Part shown: positions 16,162-27,800 of the stretch, piece by piece | Numbering within the stretch: position 1 is the first letter of the stretch | Layout: every line of letters begins with the position of its first letter | DNA from: a virus | Taxonomy: Duplodnaviria; Caudoviricetes | Reading direction: 5' to 3' (one strand) | IMG/VR virus record: IMGVR_UViG_3300027234_000001 | Span: 1 to 33,221 of that record | DNA length: 33,221 nucleotides | Position numbers and translations under genes: made by a program | Notes under the pieces: generated by a model | The model's input: the letters and a program-made list of their open reading frames with translations, nothing else | Database searches by the model: none | What the model was told of the DNA's origin: nothing

Positions 16162-16428
16162 ATGGTCGAAAACAACATTATGGCATTAGTAGGTGCCTTC
16201 ATAGGCATAGCTATCCTTCTTGGGATTGGAACTCAAATCCTTGGCAACTCAGTCCAAGATTGTACCAATTTGTCAGACTACGACGCAACCTCCGGTGCAA
16301 CACAAACCGGATGGGCAGCACAATGTGAAGCTAACAACAGCCAAACACAAAACGCATACGCATTATTAATCATCGTATTAATTGTGATTGCAGCAGTCGT
16401 AATTTTGACAGTAGTCAAAATGCTTTAA
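16162..16428 (+). CDS. Major capsid protein, spindle-shaped virus type (SSV1 VP1/His1/NSV-like)
   Basis: 88 aa with two hydrophobic helices separated by a polar loop carrying N-x-S sequons. Own TATA box (TTATATA 16131-16137) and T-rich terminator. Confidence 0.8.
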   Translation: MVENNIMALVGAFIGIAILLGIGTQILGNSVQDCTNLSDYDATSGATQTGWAAQCEANNSQTQNAYALLIIVLIVIAAVVILTVVKML

Positions 16429-16446
16429 GTCTAAAAAACTTAAACA

Positions 16447-16459
16447 TTTTTACTTTTTT
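16447..16459 (+). terminator. Oligo-T terminator after the MCP gene
   Basis: TTTTTACTTTTTT. Confidence 0.55.
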
Positions 16460-16498
16460 AAATAACTTTAATAATGACTGACCGCACTTGTTGGTAGT

Positions 16499-16768
16499 AT
16501 GAGTAGTCTAATCTTCTTGGGATTTTCGGTTATACTGTTCATCATATCCTACGGTGTCATGTTTACAATCGCACCGATGATACTCGGTTCTGTATTCACA
16601 GTCATGGAAGCAAACCTTACCAACGGCTCAATGACACAGGAATGGATTGACATGTACAACCAGACCAAAGAGACAACTCAATATCTAGTTCCGTTGATTC
16701 CCTCAATCGGCATATTCATTCTGGTAATCAAGGTACTCATGGTTGCAAGTGCTAGAGGGCGTGACTGA
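16499..16768 (+). CDS. Minor capsid protein (VP3-like)
   Basis: 89 aa with the same two-hydrophobic-helix layout, sequons NLT/NGS/NQT and a basic C-terminus. Confidence 0.7.
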   Translation: MSSLIFLGFSVILFIISYGVMFTIAPMILGSVFTVMEANLTNGSMTQEWIDMYNQTKETTQYLVPLIPSIGIFILVIKVLMVASARGRD

Positions 16769-16770
16769 TT

Positions 16771-19700
16771 ATGAACTCAAAGGTTATACTGGTTATACCC
16801 TTAATGGTATTCCTACTCGTACCGACTGCTGTCTTTGCACAGACCGACTTTGGTTCGACAAGCAATCAAACTATTTCTGGTTTTGAACCCCTTGAAGATA
16901 TTGTAATGACACCGCCACCAAGCACCACTCCGCTTAACGAATACACATTTACACCGTCACAAGAAATTGAGATAACCACACCGATAACTGGATTAGTATC
17001 ATCCCCCCCAGATGGATTTGAAAGTGTGACAGTAGAAAAGTTTGGCACAAACTATGAAACCTTTGTAGATGAATCGGGATATTTGTATAGAGTTTATGAC
17101 ATGTGGAGTAATGTAACCATAACAGGATTAGTAAATTCAGAACAAAGAACATTCCAACAGTATAATGATTCTTGGCATTACGAATTAGATGCTGATAATA
17201 AAATTATAATAATTAATGATATGGTAGAGCAATCTGAATACCCACAAGTCACAGAAAACTACACCATTGAACAAATAGATGATGAAACCTTTTTGTACTC
17301 AACTCATACCCCATACGTTTCAGACGGATATGACTGGAAGCCATACGTTCTAGGACAGGATGAAAACGTAGTTCAGGTACAGGTTGCTGGTGGAACTATT
17401 GTCTTTGACAAAGTAGCTGGTGCGGTTACAATATTCAATGACTATGAAACCGTAATTGATTCTGACAGTTATACCGTAAGAACCGCATTGTTAGATTCTG
17501 ACGTTTGGGCTAGCCTTGATGTGAACAATGCCGATGTCGAAACTACCGTTGTAGAGGATGGCGACAAAGTAACAGTCTCGTTCATTCGTGAAAATAACGA
17601 GGGGTTGTTCAAAACTGAATACGTCATTGGCAGCGGACAGGTAAAGACAACTGCATACTTTACAAACTACATCTATGATAATAACAAGTTTGCATTTACA
17701 CAAACTTTGGACTTGCCTGACAGCATAATATCCCTAAATGAAATGGAGTCTATTGACTTGACCGATTACGTTGGTCAGTCTTTTCCTAGAGAAGTGCTGG
17801 AACAAAACGAGGATTTGATTTTAAACATAAAGGACATGTATTATAGTTCAGGATTGGGATTTGATAATTTGTGGAGTGTCAATGTTACAACACCAACTAA
17901 GGTCAGTTTGGATTATGCCAACGTAGAACAAACACAAACTGTGATAGGTGATACAGTAGAACTTGATCCTATATTTGGGATAGGTACAACTGCTGGATGG
18001 ATTAGATCAGTTGGCGTAACCTCAACCCCTAGTCAAAATTGTCCCGTTGCTTCTGATTCTAAAATTTATTATTTGAGAAACTATAACTCATATCCAAGCT
18101 ATAACGGTTGTAGAGCACCAATAGCCGAGTTTGACGTATCATCTATTCCAGATAATGCAACTGTAACAAGTGTTAATATCAACTATGAGATTGATTGGGT
18201 ATCTGGAGCTTCCAACGGCATGAACGCAGTTGATTGGAACGACATTTCAATAAAAGACCATACCACAACGATGATAGGATGGGATGATGCAACCAACGCA
18301 TCATCAGGACAAAGTTATGTTACAAATGAAACGGGTGGCAACGGTTCGGCAGGAGATATAGTCAATGTCAATTTGGGAACTTTGGGAAATACCAATGTTG
18401 AAAATCAATTAAACGCATCAACTTCCGTTGATGGTGTGGCTGATTGGTTCAGTGTGGGTTTTCCTTTTAGTAACACAACTCAACAATCCTATGTGCGTGA
18501 TGTTGGCTACAAAAATGTTGCAATGTCAGTAGTTTACACCTTACCCCCATCAACGCCAACTAATGTCACTACAACTGCCAACGGTTCAAATGTTGACTTG
18601 TCTTGGACTGCATCAAATTCAAATTCTGATTATATAGTATCAAGTTCTGCTTCAACTGCTGATGGAACCAACTATGGTGCGACAAATGGGGTAAGTGGAA
18701 AGATTGGTAACGCATGGGATTTTGATGGAATAAATGATTATGTAAATATTCCAAGTATTACCAATGGATCTAATGGTTATACTTGGTCGGTGTGGGCGGA
18801 TATTACTTCAAATGGTAATGGCATGGAAATTTTAGGCAAGGCAAATGCCGGTAATCTCTTAATTCCTGACGAATCAACTTATGGTTCTTCATGGGCTAGC
18901 GTTTACTTTGCTGGGACAACTTCTGGAACTGGAATTAATACAATGGATTCGGGATGGCATCACTATGTTGGAGTAACTGACTGTGCAGGATATTCCCAAT
19001 GGCAGTGTCCTGTGACAATTTATATGGATGGCTCTAGTATCGCAACTGGAACAAGTGGATATTATGCGGATAACTATTATTTTTTAGGAGCTAGAAACAA
19101 TAGTGGATCACCAGCATACTTTACAAATGGAACAATAGATGAACTTGCAATATATCAAAGAGCATTAACATCAAGTGAAGTTGGTACACTTTACAATTCA
19201 GGTAATGCAAATACTCCTAATTCAATTTCCACAAGCAACCTATCACACTATTACAACTTTGAGCAAACTGGAAATACATTAACTAACATGGCAGTGACAG
19301 TCGATCCTTTAGTTGTAACGTATGATGTAAAGCGTGACGGTACAAGTCTAGGAACTACGACCAATACTTCATTTACAGACACTACTACTGCTTACGGTAC
19401 ACCTTATCTTTTTAGTTTGACAGCTTCCACAAGTAACGGTACAAGTCCATCAACAGCAAACATTCCAATTACACTTACAGTTCCAGAACCGACAAATCTT
19501 TCCGCATCATTGAACGCACCAAACGTTGACCTGTCATGGACAGGTGCAAGCGGTGCAACGGGCTACAAGATTGAACACAGTACGGATGGTACGACTTGGA
19601 CTAACGTAGTTGCAAACGCATCTGCAAATCCGTGGACATGGGATAGTGCAAACAGTTTTAGCATTAGTGTTAATGGTACTGAAATTACTAAAACAAGCGG

Positions 19701-22700
19701 TGCTGGATGGAACAGTTACATTAGAACCAATCAAACCATAACGTCAGGTTCAGGCGGTTCGATTGCATGGAAATTACCAACTGCGACCTCAAACAATTAT
19801 GAAACAGGTGGATTCAGTCAAGGAAGTTATACACCGAACAGTACATACAGTGACTTCAAATACAGTATCATGTTTATCAATTCAGGACAAGTACAAGTAT
19901 GGGAAAATAATGCTCACATGGGTAATTTCACAATAACTGGATTTAACCCATCCACGTCAGTCTTTAAAGTAGATATGGACAATACTGGAACTGTAACCTA
20001 CTGGCATAATAATGAATTACTTCATACAAGTAATACCACAGCAAGTGGAACTTATTACGGACACGCTGCATTATACACTCAAAATACTACATTATTGATG
20101 TTGGATGAGTCTTACTCCCATACCGCACCGACACAAAACAGCGATAACTATTATCAGGTCAAGGCACTGATAGGCTCTGCCGAGTCAACTGCCAATACTG
20201 GATCATCAACAATAACACCAGTCAATTACAGAACATACACTTCAACTGCTTCCGCATCAACCTGTGACACTGGAACAATAACTGCTGACATAATGCACGA
20301 AATCGGCATGCCCTCTCAAGTTGGTGGAAACCGATACTGTCTTGTAACTTCAATGGAATATGACATATCCGCAATTTCTGATGCTGCAACAATTACAAGT
20401 GCAGTTATCGAAGAAAGCCATGTCATTTGGTCAACTGGATTTTCCCCATCATGTGACTATAAATCCAATATGTTCTATCAGCCATCAACCTCAACAACAC
20501 AGGAGAAATGGGATTCCGTAATAGCTGGTACAGTATATGCGAATGATCCAGCCTGTATCACAGGTTATACAAGTAACAACGTGTATGACGTACCGTTAAG
20601 TGCACAGGCTATGACAGACATAGAAACACAGTTGTCAGGGGATTGGTTTGGAATTAATTGGGCTATTGATAACTTCCCAAGTCTAGCCAATGCTGGAACT
20701 GTCGGTACACCAGCATCAATCTATAACGGATCATCATTACTAAAATTAGAATACATAGCACCAGCTAGTCTAGCGGTCGGTGGCACACCTGATGCACCTA
20801 CTGGACTTACTGCGACATTCAATGTGACAACTGCCGACATGGACTTGGCATGGAGTACCCCAGCATCCGATAACGGAAGTGCAATAGTTGGTTACAAAGT
20901 TGAAGTCTCAACTGACGATATAACTTATACAACACTGGTCGCTGACACTGGAAACACAAACACAACTTACACAGATCTAAATCCTACAATGGGTTCACTC
21001 AACTATTACAAAGTTTCTGCGATTAACGCATACGGAAGTGGTGCAGTTTCAAACACAGACAATGACATGGCTGGCGTACCACCTGATGCACCAACGATAA
21101 CCTCAACCTCAACTGACAGTGCAAACTCAGCACCTTTGGAAATCACAGTTAACTGGTCTGCACCAACGGTAACTGGAACTGCTGGAATTTCTAACTATGA
21201 GGTCTATCGTGATTCCACATTGATAACGACAGTCGGCAATGTCACAACCTATGTTGACACCGTTCCGACTGGCGGTGGCACGTTTGTCTATGAATTGAAA
21301 TCAGTAACTCCGCATGGAACTTCCGTACTGTCTGCAACTGCATCACACACGACACCGACTCCACCGCCAGCACCGACTTCATCACCTACACTTGACATAG
21401 CAAATCCAAACCCGTCACCGTTTGACGTAACCGTAACGTTTGCCATGCCATCGTCAGGCGGTTCAGCAATCACATCATTTGAGATATTCAGAAGTACCGA
21501 TGACGTAACGTTTGCATCAGTTGGTACGACCTCGACTTTGATATTTTCTGACACAGTTCCTAACGCTGGAACTTTCTACTACAAGTTTGCAAGTACGAAC
21601 CTTGTTGGAAACTCTGGACAGTCTCCAAGTGGCAGTATAACAACAGCAACCGTACCTGATTCGCCTACCGTCACACTCGCAATTAACAATCCAAACACCT
21701 TGCCATTTGACATTACCGCAACATTTGTAGCACCAGCAAGTGACGGTGGAAGTGCACTCATTGATTACGACTTGCAATATTCTGACGACAATGTAACATT
21801 CGCTGAGATTGCTGGCGGTATAACTGGATCATATACTCACACGGTAGCAACGGCTGGAACGCATTACTTCCAAGCAACTGTCCGTAACAATGTCGGTGAC
21901 AGTGTAACTGGCGTGGTGGCAAACATGGACACGCCAACCGTGCCTGATGCACCGACAGTAGCCGTGACAACTGACAATCCTAACACAAATCCGTTGGACA
22001 TAACATCCTCATTTGTAGCACCAGCCGATAACGGTGGAAGTACAATAACTGGATACAACTTGTTCGTATCGGATGATGATATAACCTACACTCAAGTTCA
22101 AACCAACGTGACCGCTGATCAAGTCACGACAGTTGCAAGTTCTGGAACATATTATTTCAAAGCACAGGCAATCAACCTAGTCGGTACAAGTTTACAGGGT
22201 AGTGCTTCGATAAACGTCACTCCGACATTACCTTCAGTACCGTTGAACGCTACAAGTGCAATATCAAATGTTGACACAGCACCTTACACAATGATTGTCT
22301 CATGGGATACACCGACTTCAAACGGTGGTTCTAACCTGACTGGATATGACGTTTACAGAAAACAGGGCAGTGCATCACCAGTGTTCATTACAAACACGAC
22401 CGCACTAACTATAACCGATACAGTTCCAAGCGTACTCAGTACCAACTTTACATATCAAATTTATTCCGTGAACAACGTAGGTCAGTCCGCAACATACGTT
22501 GACACCGTGGTAACGACAAACAACGTGCCTTCAGCACCAGTACTCGCAGTGACAACTGGAACCACAGTGCTGTCATGGAACGCACCAGCCAGTGACGCAA
22601 CAATAACAGGCTACAAGGTGTTCAGAGACAGCGTGTTACTTACGACCGTAACCACCCTGACACACACCGACTTTACCACAATCGTGTTTGGAAATTCCTA

Positions 22701-23766
22701 CGTCTATAAGGTAGTCGCAGTATCGTCATTGGGTGATTCCGCAGACTCGAACAATGTCACAACGACTCCTGAGACAGAAATCACTGGCATGGTGGCACTG
22801 GGAGTCACTGGAACTGGTGCTGTAATTGACTGGGACGAGCCAGCATACTATCAAGGTCAGGTAACTTCGTATAACGTGTACTATGGAAACAGTGGAACAC
22901 CAGCCACAGGTGCGGGAACCACGACCAATACATATTCCAACTTTGCACCGCAACTGGATTATGATACAACATACGTCTTTGGTGTAAGTATTAACTCACC
23001 TCTAGGCAACTCTGGACTCAGTAACATTGTTGCAATAACAACTAACGTTGACACCAGCATAGTTTCATCCGACCCTACTACTGGCGGCATGTCATGGTTT
23101 GACATTGACTCCGTGAACAATCAGTCAGTCAACGTCATAGAGTTCCAAAGAGAGACTCAGGACGACATAGTAAACGGCACAACCGTCGTGTTTGACACAT
23201 TACAAGTCGGCTACCCTTCATGGTGGGACGAAATGACATGTGACGTTGACTACAAGTTCGCTGGACAGACAGACCAATATGTCGAGGGAACTGACATGGT
23301 GGCAGTGGTTAATCCGGCAGATGGCAACCAGCAAATCATAGGATTCCAGTTCCATGACATTGACAACGAAGTCGTCACGGTACAGTGTGCACCTCAACAA
23401 ACAACACAAGATGATGGCGTATCAGCAAAATATGTCATGACACAAAACAGTTTTGGTACCTTACAGGCTGACGGGACTTACACAGAGGGACTTCCTAACA
23501 TCCCAATAGTGTCACAGATTACCAACTTTTCAAACGGAACCTACGGAACTGACGGTGACTTTGGTGCATTGAACATTGTCGGACTGTTTGCAATATTGAT
23601 TTCAATGGTAGGATTTAACAGGCTAAACCCAATAGTAGGTGTACTTTTATCAGCCAGTATGATATTCGTATTGTCATGGTTCGGAATTATAACAATACCA
23701 ACTGCACTGATAGGTGCAATAGCATTGGTCATATTCCTAGCATGGGGAGCTACGAGGAATAGATAA
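16771..23766 (+). CDS. Giant adhesin / tail filament protein (FN3 repeats, LamG-like and DNRLRE-like domains)
   Basis: Signal peptide. LamG motifs GKIGNAWDFDG...WHH...GTIDELAIYQRAL. About 10 FN3 units (PxAP..W..P..G.S.I.GY). Thr/Ser/Asn-rich, with C-terminal TM helices. Confidence 0.9.
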   Translation: MNSKVILVIPLMVFLLVPTAVFAQTDFGSTSNQTISGFEPLEDIVMTPPPSTTPLNEYTFTPSQEIEITTPITGLVSSPPDGFESVTVEKFGTNYETFVDESGYLYRVYDMWSNVTITGLVNSEQRTFQQYNDSWHYELDADNKIIIINDMVEQSEYPQVTENYTIEQIDDETFLYSTHTPYVSDGYDWKPYVLGQDENVVQVQVAGGTIVFDKVAGAVTIFNDYETVIDSDSYTVRTALLDSDVWASLDVNNADVETTVVEDGDKVTVSFIRENNEGLFKTEYVIGSGQVKTTAYFTNYIYDNNKFAFTQTLDLPDSIISLNEMESIDLTDYVGQSFPREVLEQNEDLILNIKDMYYSSGLGFDNLWSVNVTTPTKVSLDYANVEQTQTVIGDTVELDPIFGIGTTAGWIRSVGVTSTPSQNCPVASDSKIYYLRNYNSYPSYNGCRAPIAEFDVSSIPDNATVTSVNINYEIDWVSGASNGMNAVDWNDISIKDHTTTMIGWDDATNASSGQSYVTNETGGNGSAGDIVNVNLGTLGNTNVENQLNASTSVDGVADWFSVGFPFSNTTQQSYVRDVGYKNVAMSVVYTLPPSTPTNVTTTANGSNVDLSWTASNSNSDYIVSSSASTADGTNYGATNGVSGKIGNAWDFDGINDYVNIPSITNGSNGYTWSVWADITSNGNGMEILGKANAGNLLIPDESTYGSSWASVYFAGTTSGTGINTMDSGWHHYVGVTDCAGYSQWQCPVTIYMDGSSIATGTSGYYADNYYFLGARNNSGSPAYFTNGTIDELAIYQRALTSSEVGTLYNSGNANTPNSISTSNLSHYYNFEQTGNTLTNMAVTVDPLVVTYDVKRDGTSLGTTTNTSFTDTTTAYGTPYLFSLTASTSNGTSPSTANIPITLTVPEPTNLSASLNAPNVDLSWTGASGATGYKIEHSTDGTTWTNVVANASANPWTWDSANSFSISVNGTEITKTSGAGWNSYIRTNQTITSGSGGSIAWKLPTATSNNYETGGFSQGSYTPNSTYSDFKYSIMFINSGQVQVWENNAHMGNFTITGFNPSTSVFKVDMDNTGTVTYWHNNELLHTSNTTASGTYYGHAALYTQNTTLLMLDESYSHTAPTQNSDNYYQVKALIGSAESTANTGSSTITPVNYRTYTSTASASTCDTGTITADIMHEIGMPSQVGGNRYCLVTSMEYDISAISDAATITSAVIEESHVIWSTGFSPSCDYKSNMFYQPSTSTTQEKWDSVIAGTVYANDPACITGYTSNNVYDVPLSAQAMTDIETQLSGDWFGINWAIDNFPSLANAGTVGTPASIYNGSSLLKLEYIAPASLAVGGTPDAPTGLTATFNVTTADMDLAWSTPASDNGSAIVGYKVEVSTDDITYTTLVADTGNTNTTYTDLNPTMGSLNYYKVSAINAYGSGAVSNTDNDMAGVPPDAPTITSTSTDSANSAPLEITVNWSAPTVTGTAGISNYEVYRDSTLITTVGNVTTYVDTVPTGGGTFVYELKSVTPHGTSVLSATASHTTPTPPPAPTSSPTLDIANPNPSPFDVTVTFAMPSSGGSAITSFEIFRSTDDVTFASVGTTSTLIFSDTVPNAGTFYYKFASTNLVGNSGQSPSGSITTATVPDSPTVTLAINNPNTLPFDITATFVAPASDGGSALIDYDLQYSDDNVTFAEIAGGITGSYTHTVATAGTHYFQATVRNNVGDSVTGVVANMDTPTVPDAPTVAVTTDNPNTNPLDITSSFVAPADNGGSTITGYNLFVSDDDITYTQVQTNVTADQVTTVASSGTYYFKAQAINLVGTSLQGSASINVTPTLPSVPLNATSAISNVDTAPYTMIVSWDTPTSNGGSNLTGYDVYRKQGSASPVFITNTTALTITDTVPSVLSTNFTYQIYSVNNVGQSATYVDTVVTTNNVPSAPVLAVTTGTTVLSWNAPASDATITGYKVFRDSVLLTTVTTLTHTDFTTIVFGNSYVYKVVAVSSLGDSADSNNVTTTPETEITGMVALGVTGTGAVIDWDEPAYYQGQVTSYNVYYGNSGTPATGAGTTTNTYSNFAPQLDYDTTYVFGVSINSPLGNSGLSNIVAITTNVDTSIVSSDPTTGGMSWFDIDSVNNQSVNVIEFQRETQDDIVNGTTVVFDTLQVGYPSWWDEMTCDVDYKFAGQTDQYVEGTDMVAVVNPADGNQQIIGFQFHDIDNEVVTVQCAPQQTTQDDGVSAKYVMTQNSFGTLQADGTYTEGLPNIPIVSQITNFSNGTYGTDGDFGALNIVGLFAILISMVGFNRLNPIVGVLLSASMIFVLSWFGIITIPTALIGAIALVIFLAWGATRNR

Positions 23767-24320
23767 TGGTAAGTCTTAACGAAATAGCCATGTTTACAAT
23801 CATCTTTGCGTATGTATCATCATTTGCATTTTTAGGCGTACAGGATTCGGTAGGCGACCTTGTGGGTGTGGATTTGAAGGCATTTGATGTGGCAACTGGT
23901 GGATTCACAGGCGAGACAATAAAAACAGAGATACAAACAATGACAGATACCTTTGCTGGATGCTATGACAATCAGACACCGCCAGTACTGATTGGGGGTT
24001 TTAACAGTCCAACATATACAACTGAAGCATCATGCAATGCGGCTGGATATACTTGGGATGTGGGTACGGGCTCGTCTTTCTCACAAATGTCTGCTCAGAC
24101 TGCTCGCATGCAGATAACAATGGCTGACGAACCATCAATCACGAACAATCCAATCGCAAGTGCAACGACAATGATATTCCAACTGTTCCAAATCGTAACT
24201 GGAACCTATGCGTTCAATCTGCTAATATTCATGGGAATTCCCCACATATTCGTAGTCGGCATTACGGCTGTGTATGTAATACTGTTGGCAATCTATGTCT
24301 TTGAGAAACTACACCCATGA
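23766..24320 (+). CDS. Membrane virion protein
   Basis: N- and C-terminal hydrophobic helices, a Cys pair and TAATG coupling to the adhesin. Confidence 0.8.
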   Translation: MVSLNEIAMFTIIFAYVSSFAFLGVQDSVGDLVGVDLKAFDVATGGFTGETIKTEIQTMTDTFAGCYDNQTPPVLIGGFNSPTYTTEASCNAAGYTWDVGTGSSFSQMSAQTARMQITMADEPSITNNPIASATTMIFQLFQIVTGTYAFNLLIFMGIPHIFVVGITAVYVILLAIYVFEKLHP

Positions 24321-24412
24321 CCGACAAGGAATACGAAGAACGACCCGAATGGGCTTGGCTTGTAGAAGATTGATACCCAAACTATCAAACTAGGCACAAG
24401 TAATGATAGAAC

Positions 24413-24775
24413 CTAGTCTCTAAACAGTAACAACTGCAAGGTCTGCATGATAAAGTGGAACGTCATGAGAATTCCAAACATAAAGTTTACCAAAATCCAG
24501 ACTGGATTGACCAGTGTTATGACATAGTTTTCAATCAGTGTCGTAGGCTGTGCCTGTTCGGTTCCAGTAGTAGCAACGTCATACAGTCCGACGGTTTCCC
24601 CCATGCCAGCCAGCAAGAAGGCACAGACTATTGACGGAATGAGATACATGGCACGGGTAAATGACTGTGATTTGGTCTGAGGTGCCTCACGAATAGTAGA
24701 AATGATTAGCATAAGCATACCTGAGTATGCAATAAATGCGTAAACTGCAAACTCGATAATGCTAATGTCAGCCAT
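24413..24775 (-). CDS. Three-TM membrane protein
   Basis: Three hydrophobic segments, TATA box about 26 nt upstream. Confidence 0.8.
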   Translation of the reverse strand: MADISIIEFAVYAFIAYSGMLMLIISTIREAPQTKSQSFTRAMYLIPSIVCAFLLAGMGETVGLYDVATTGTEQAQPTTLIENYVITLVNPVWILVNFMFGILMTFHFIMQTLQLLLFRD

Positions 24776-24800
24776 CTAAATTTCTGTTGCGGTTCTGCTA

Positions 24801-24818
24801 TATAAATAATATTTATTA
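24801..24818. promoter_or_regulatory. Symmetric back-to-back TATA boxes
   Basis: ATAAATA-a-TATTTAT (24802-24816), placed about 25 nt from both ATG 24775 (-) and ATG 24842 (+). Confidence 0.55.
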
Positions 24819-24841
24819 ACTTAACTGACTTGGTATAGTCA

Positions 24842-27800
24842 ATGGCACAATCTGACTTGGAAAAAGAACTGACAAAACAGTACGAGGATGCAAAGTCAAA
24901 GTCTGCTGGCGAGGTCGCAACCGCACAGATTGAGGTCTATGAAGGTCAAACGTATGAGGCAAAAAACGCATACCAAGAGGCAAAGGCAAAAAGGTCAACG
25001 GCAAGAGGCAAACTTCCTGAGAAAATACCTGACGACAAATATTACAAGGAAAGACTGTTGGAAGCCCAGTACATCAAAGCTAGAGTATCAAGTCCAGAAC
25101 AAAGAGAAGAAATTGATGATTATACCACTGAAATAAAGAAACAGCAAAAGGCACACGCAACCGTACAGGTGTTGGACAAAGCCATGCCGTCATTGTATTC
25201 AAGTGCCGTTGAGGAATCAAAGGCGATAGAAACCAAAGTAGAAAAAGCAAGAGTTACAGAATTAAAAAGACAAGAAGAACTATTCACAGGATTTCAAACT
25301 GCAATTACAACGGAACAAAAATCCGAGAGTGCTAGAATTAAAAAGATTGAAGACGCAGAGGCAAAACGAGTTGCAGATATTACGGCATTGGAAGCCAAAA
25401 AAACAGCAGAAGCAAAAGCACTGGCAGATTCCCGACAGGCTATGTTTGACTCTACAAAGGGTATTGGAAAGAACATGAGTAATGAATTACATTATTACCA
25501 GTTTGCAGGGTTGCCGTTTGAACATGGTGATGTCATAGCAAAAGACAGAGGGCGTGGTTCAAGATGGTCGCCATCATGGAATGTATCACCGCTATACTAT
25601 GAGAGGGCTTCTGACAAATTTGGCATCACCCCAGAACAGGCAAGAGATGCTTCATTAGTTGGTGCTAGGACACAATCAGGCAAGGCACGAGATAACGCAC
25701 TTCGAGCATTTCAGGATGCCAATGACGGTGGCAACAGAGCAAACCAATATGCACAAAATAGAGCATTGGCAAAAAAGACAACCGCATCGGCATACGGTTC
25801 AATGTCAGCGATTGAACGGTCAACAAGTTCCGCATTGGCTTCGGAGTTTGCAACAAACCCTGATGCAAAAAAGAAAAACGATTTGGGTGTGTTACATGAA
25901 ACAAGTGGCGGCTTGATTGGTAAGTCAATAAAAGATACTGGTGTTGCAAAAGGGGAACCTTCATCGTTCAAGGTGTATGAAACAAACGAGAAGTTATACA
26001 AGTCAAGCAACGGATTATTGGGAAAGAAAGATGTCACTGCCAAAGTCATGCCAATCATCGAGAAGCAAAGAGAAACAGAGCTGGCAAACAGAAGGCAACA
26101 ACAATATGTTGAAGAACTTCGTGCTGGCAATATCGGTATCGCAACTGCATTGACAAACCCACAGACGACGCAAAGTTATCAAAACACTTCAACTGTGAAT
26201 CTTAAAGCATATTTGGATGACCGCAAGATTGTGGCTCACACAACATCTGACTCGTTGTTTAGTGCCGATGTAGACAAAAGAGGAATGGGTGTAAAGGTTA
26301 CTGGAAAGGAAGTCACTGAAAGAAAACAAGCACAGGAAAGGATTGATGTTTTCAAACCTACGGTTTACAACACGCAAAAAGTGGAAGGTTCAACTGCTGT
26401 AAAATTTACCAATCTGTCTGAACCGACTGTCGGCACACTTGACTCAGGCGGTGTGTTGACAAAGAAAGATTTTAATCCTTATTCTGCCAGTGACCCTATC
26501 GGAATGGCACAGGGCTATAAGTACACGGTTCCAAGCAAAGGCGTTACTGCTTTCCCTACATTGACTGGTCAAACATTTGACGCAAAGACCCCCACTTCTT
26601 TTGATACAATGGCTGAAGCAAAGGCATATCTTAAAGAAAGTAAACCGAAATTATTCTCTGGAACCGACAATGAAATGTTTAACAGATGGAATTATCCTTC
26701 GGCAGTTGACACTGGCGAGGTGATACATCCAAGTAAGACCAAAACTTTGTATGACGACGTAAGACTGGGATTTGGATACGTCTTCAGACCGACTTACAAT
26801 ATCGGTGCCACTGTTTACAATTTAGCACAGCCTGAGAATAAACAGGTTCCAATATTTGCAACTGCCGAAGACAAGTTAATCGGTGGTACTATCACTGATG
26901 TTATGGACGGTACACCGTTAAAAGGTACAGGTGTAACTGGATTTGCTGACTATGTTGTAGAAAACCCGTTAAGGGCTTTGGCTGAAGTTCCAAGTGCCGT
27001 TGTCACAGGTGTCTTGGGTGGCAAGGCAGTAACTTATGGAGTCAAAGGAGTTAGTGCTGGTGTAAAGGCATCAACAAAACTTGGCAACAAGATAATTCAA
27101 AGTGAGGCACCTACAATCATCAAGGTTCCGACTATGGCTGTGATGGGTGCCGGTCAGGCAGTTCAACGTGTCGGTACAAAAATATCCGCAGTTCCAGTGA
27201 AGATAGGAAGTGCAGTTTACGATTACGGTACGATTCCAAGAGGTATGAAATATGGTACGCAGGTTTTCACAACCCCGCAACAGGTGGTACGTCAGGGAAT
27301 TGTAAGACCTTATGACAGTGCGACAATGTTTCAGGGAAATCGTGTCGGGTTTGGTGCTAAGGCTAATTTTATTTTGACACCTTCAGGCAGAATGTTTGTA
27401 AGACAGTCAACTGATATTGCCGGTGAGATAGGTGCAAAGCCGCAGTTCCTTAACAGACAGGTTGCCATGTTTGAGAATGAAAACGTCGTAGGATTCGCAA
27501 CAAGAGGCAAGATGAAAACAACAAAATATGAAATGCCAAAAGAAACACCGTTCAAGTCTGATGTGTTTACACCAACTGGTAAAACAAAATTAATTCCAAA
27601 AGAAACCCCTTATTCAAAACCGTTAGATTCTGTAACAAGTATTAGAATTGGTAAACCTGATATACAAACGCCTACCGTTACATCACCATTAAAAAAACCT
27701 GATATTTTTGACAGAATTAAATCAACCACGTTGTACAGAACAAAAGTCAGTACAAAACAATACAAGACAAACATTGACGAGGTTACATTTTACTCAGATA

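Noticed and set aside
16771-23766. Diversity-generating retroelement or invertible shufflon acting on the adhesin
   Set aside because: No reverse transcriptase, template/variable repeat pair or inverted alternative cassettes were seen.
24317-24373. 18-aa ORF MTDKEYEERPEWAWLVED coupled to the upstream gene
   Set aside because: It has an ATGA overlap but is too short to support without conservation data.
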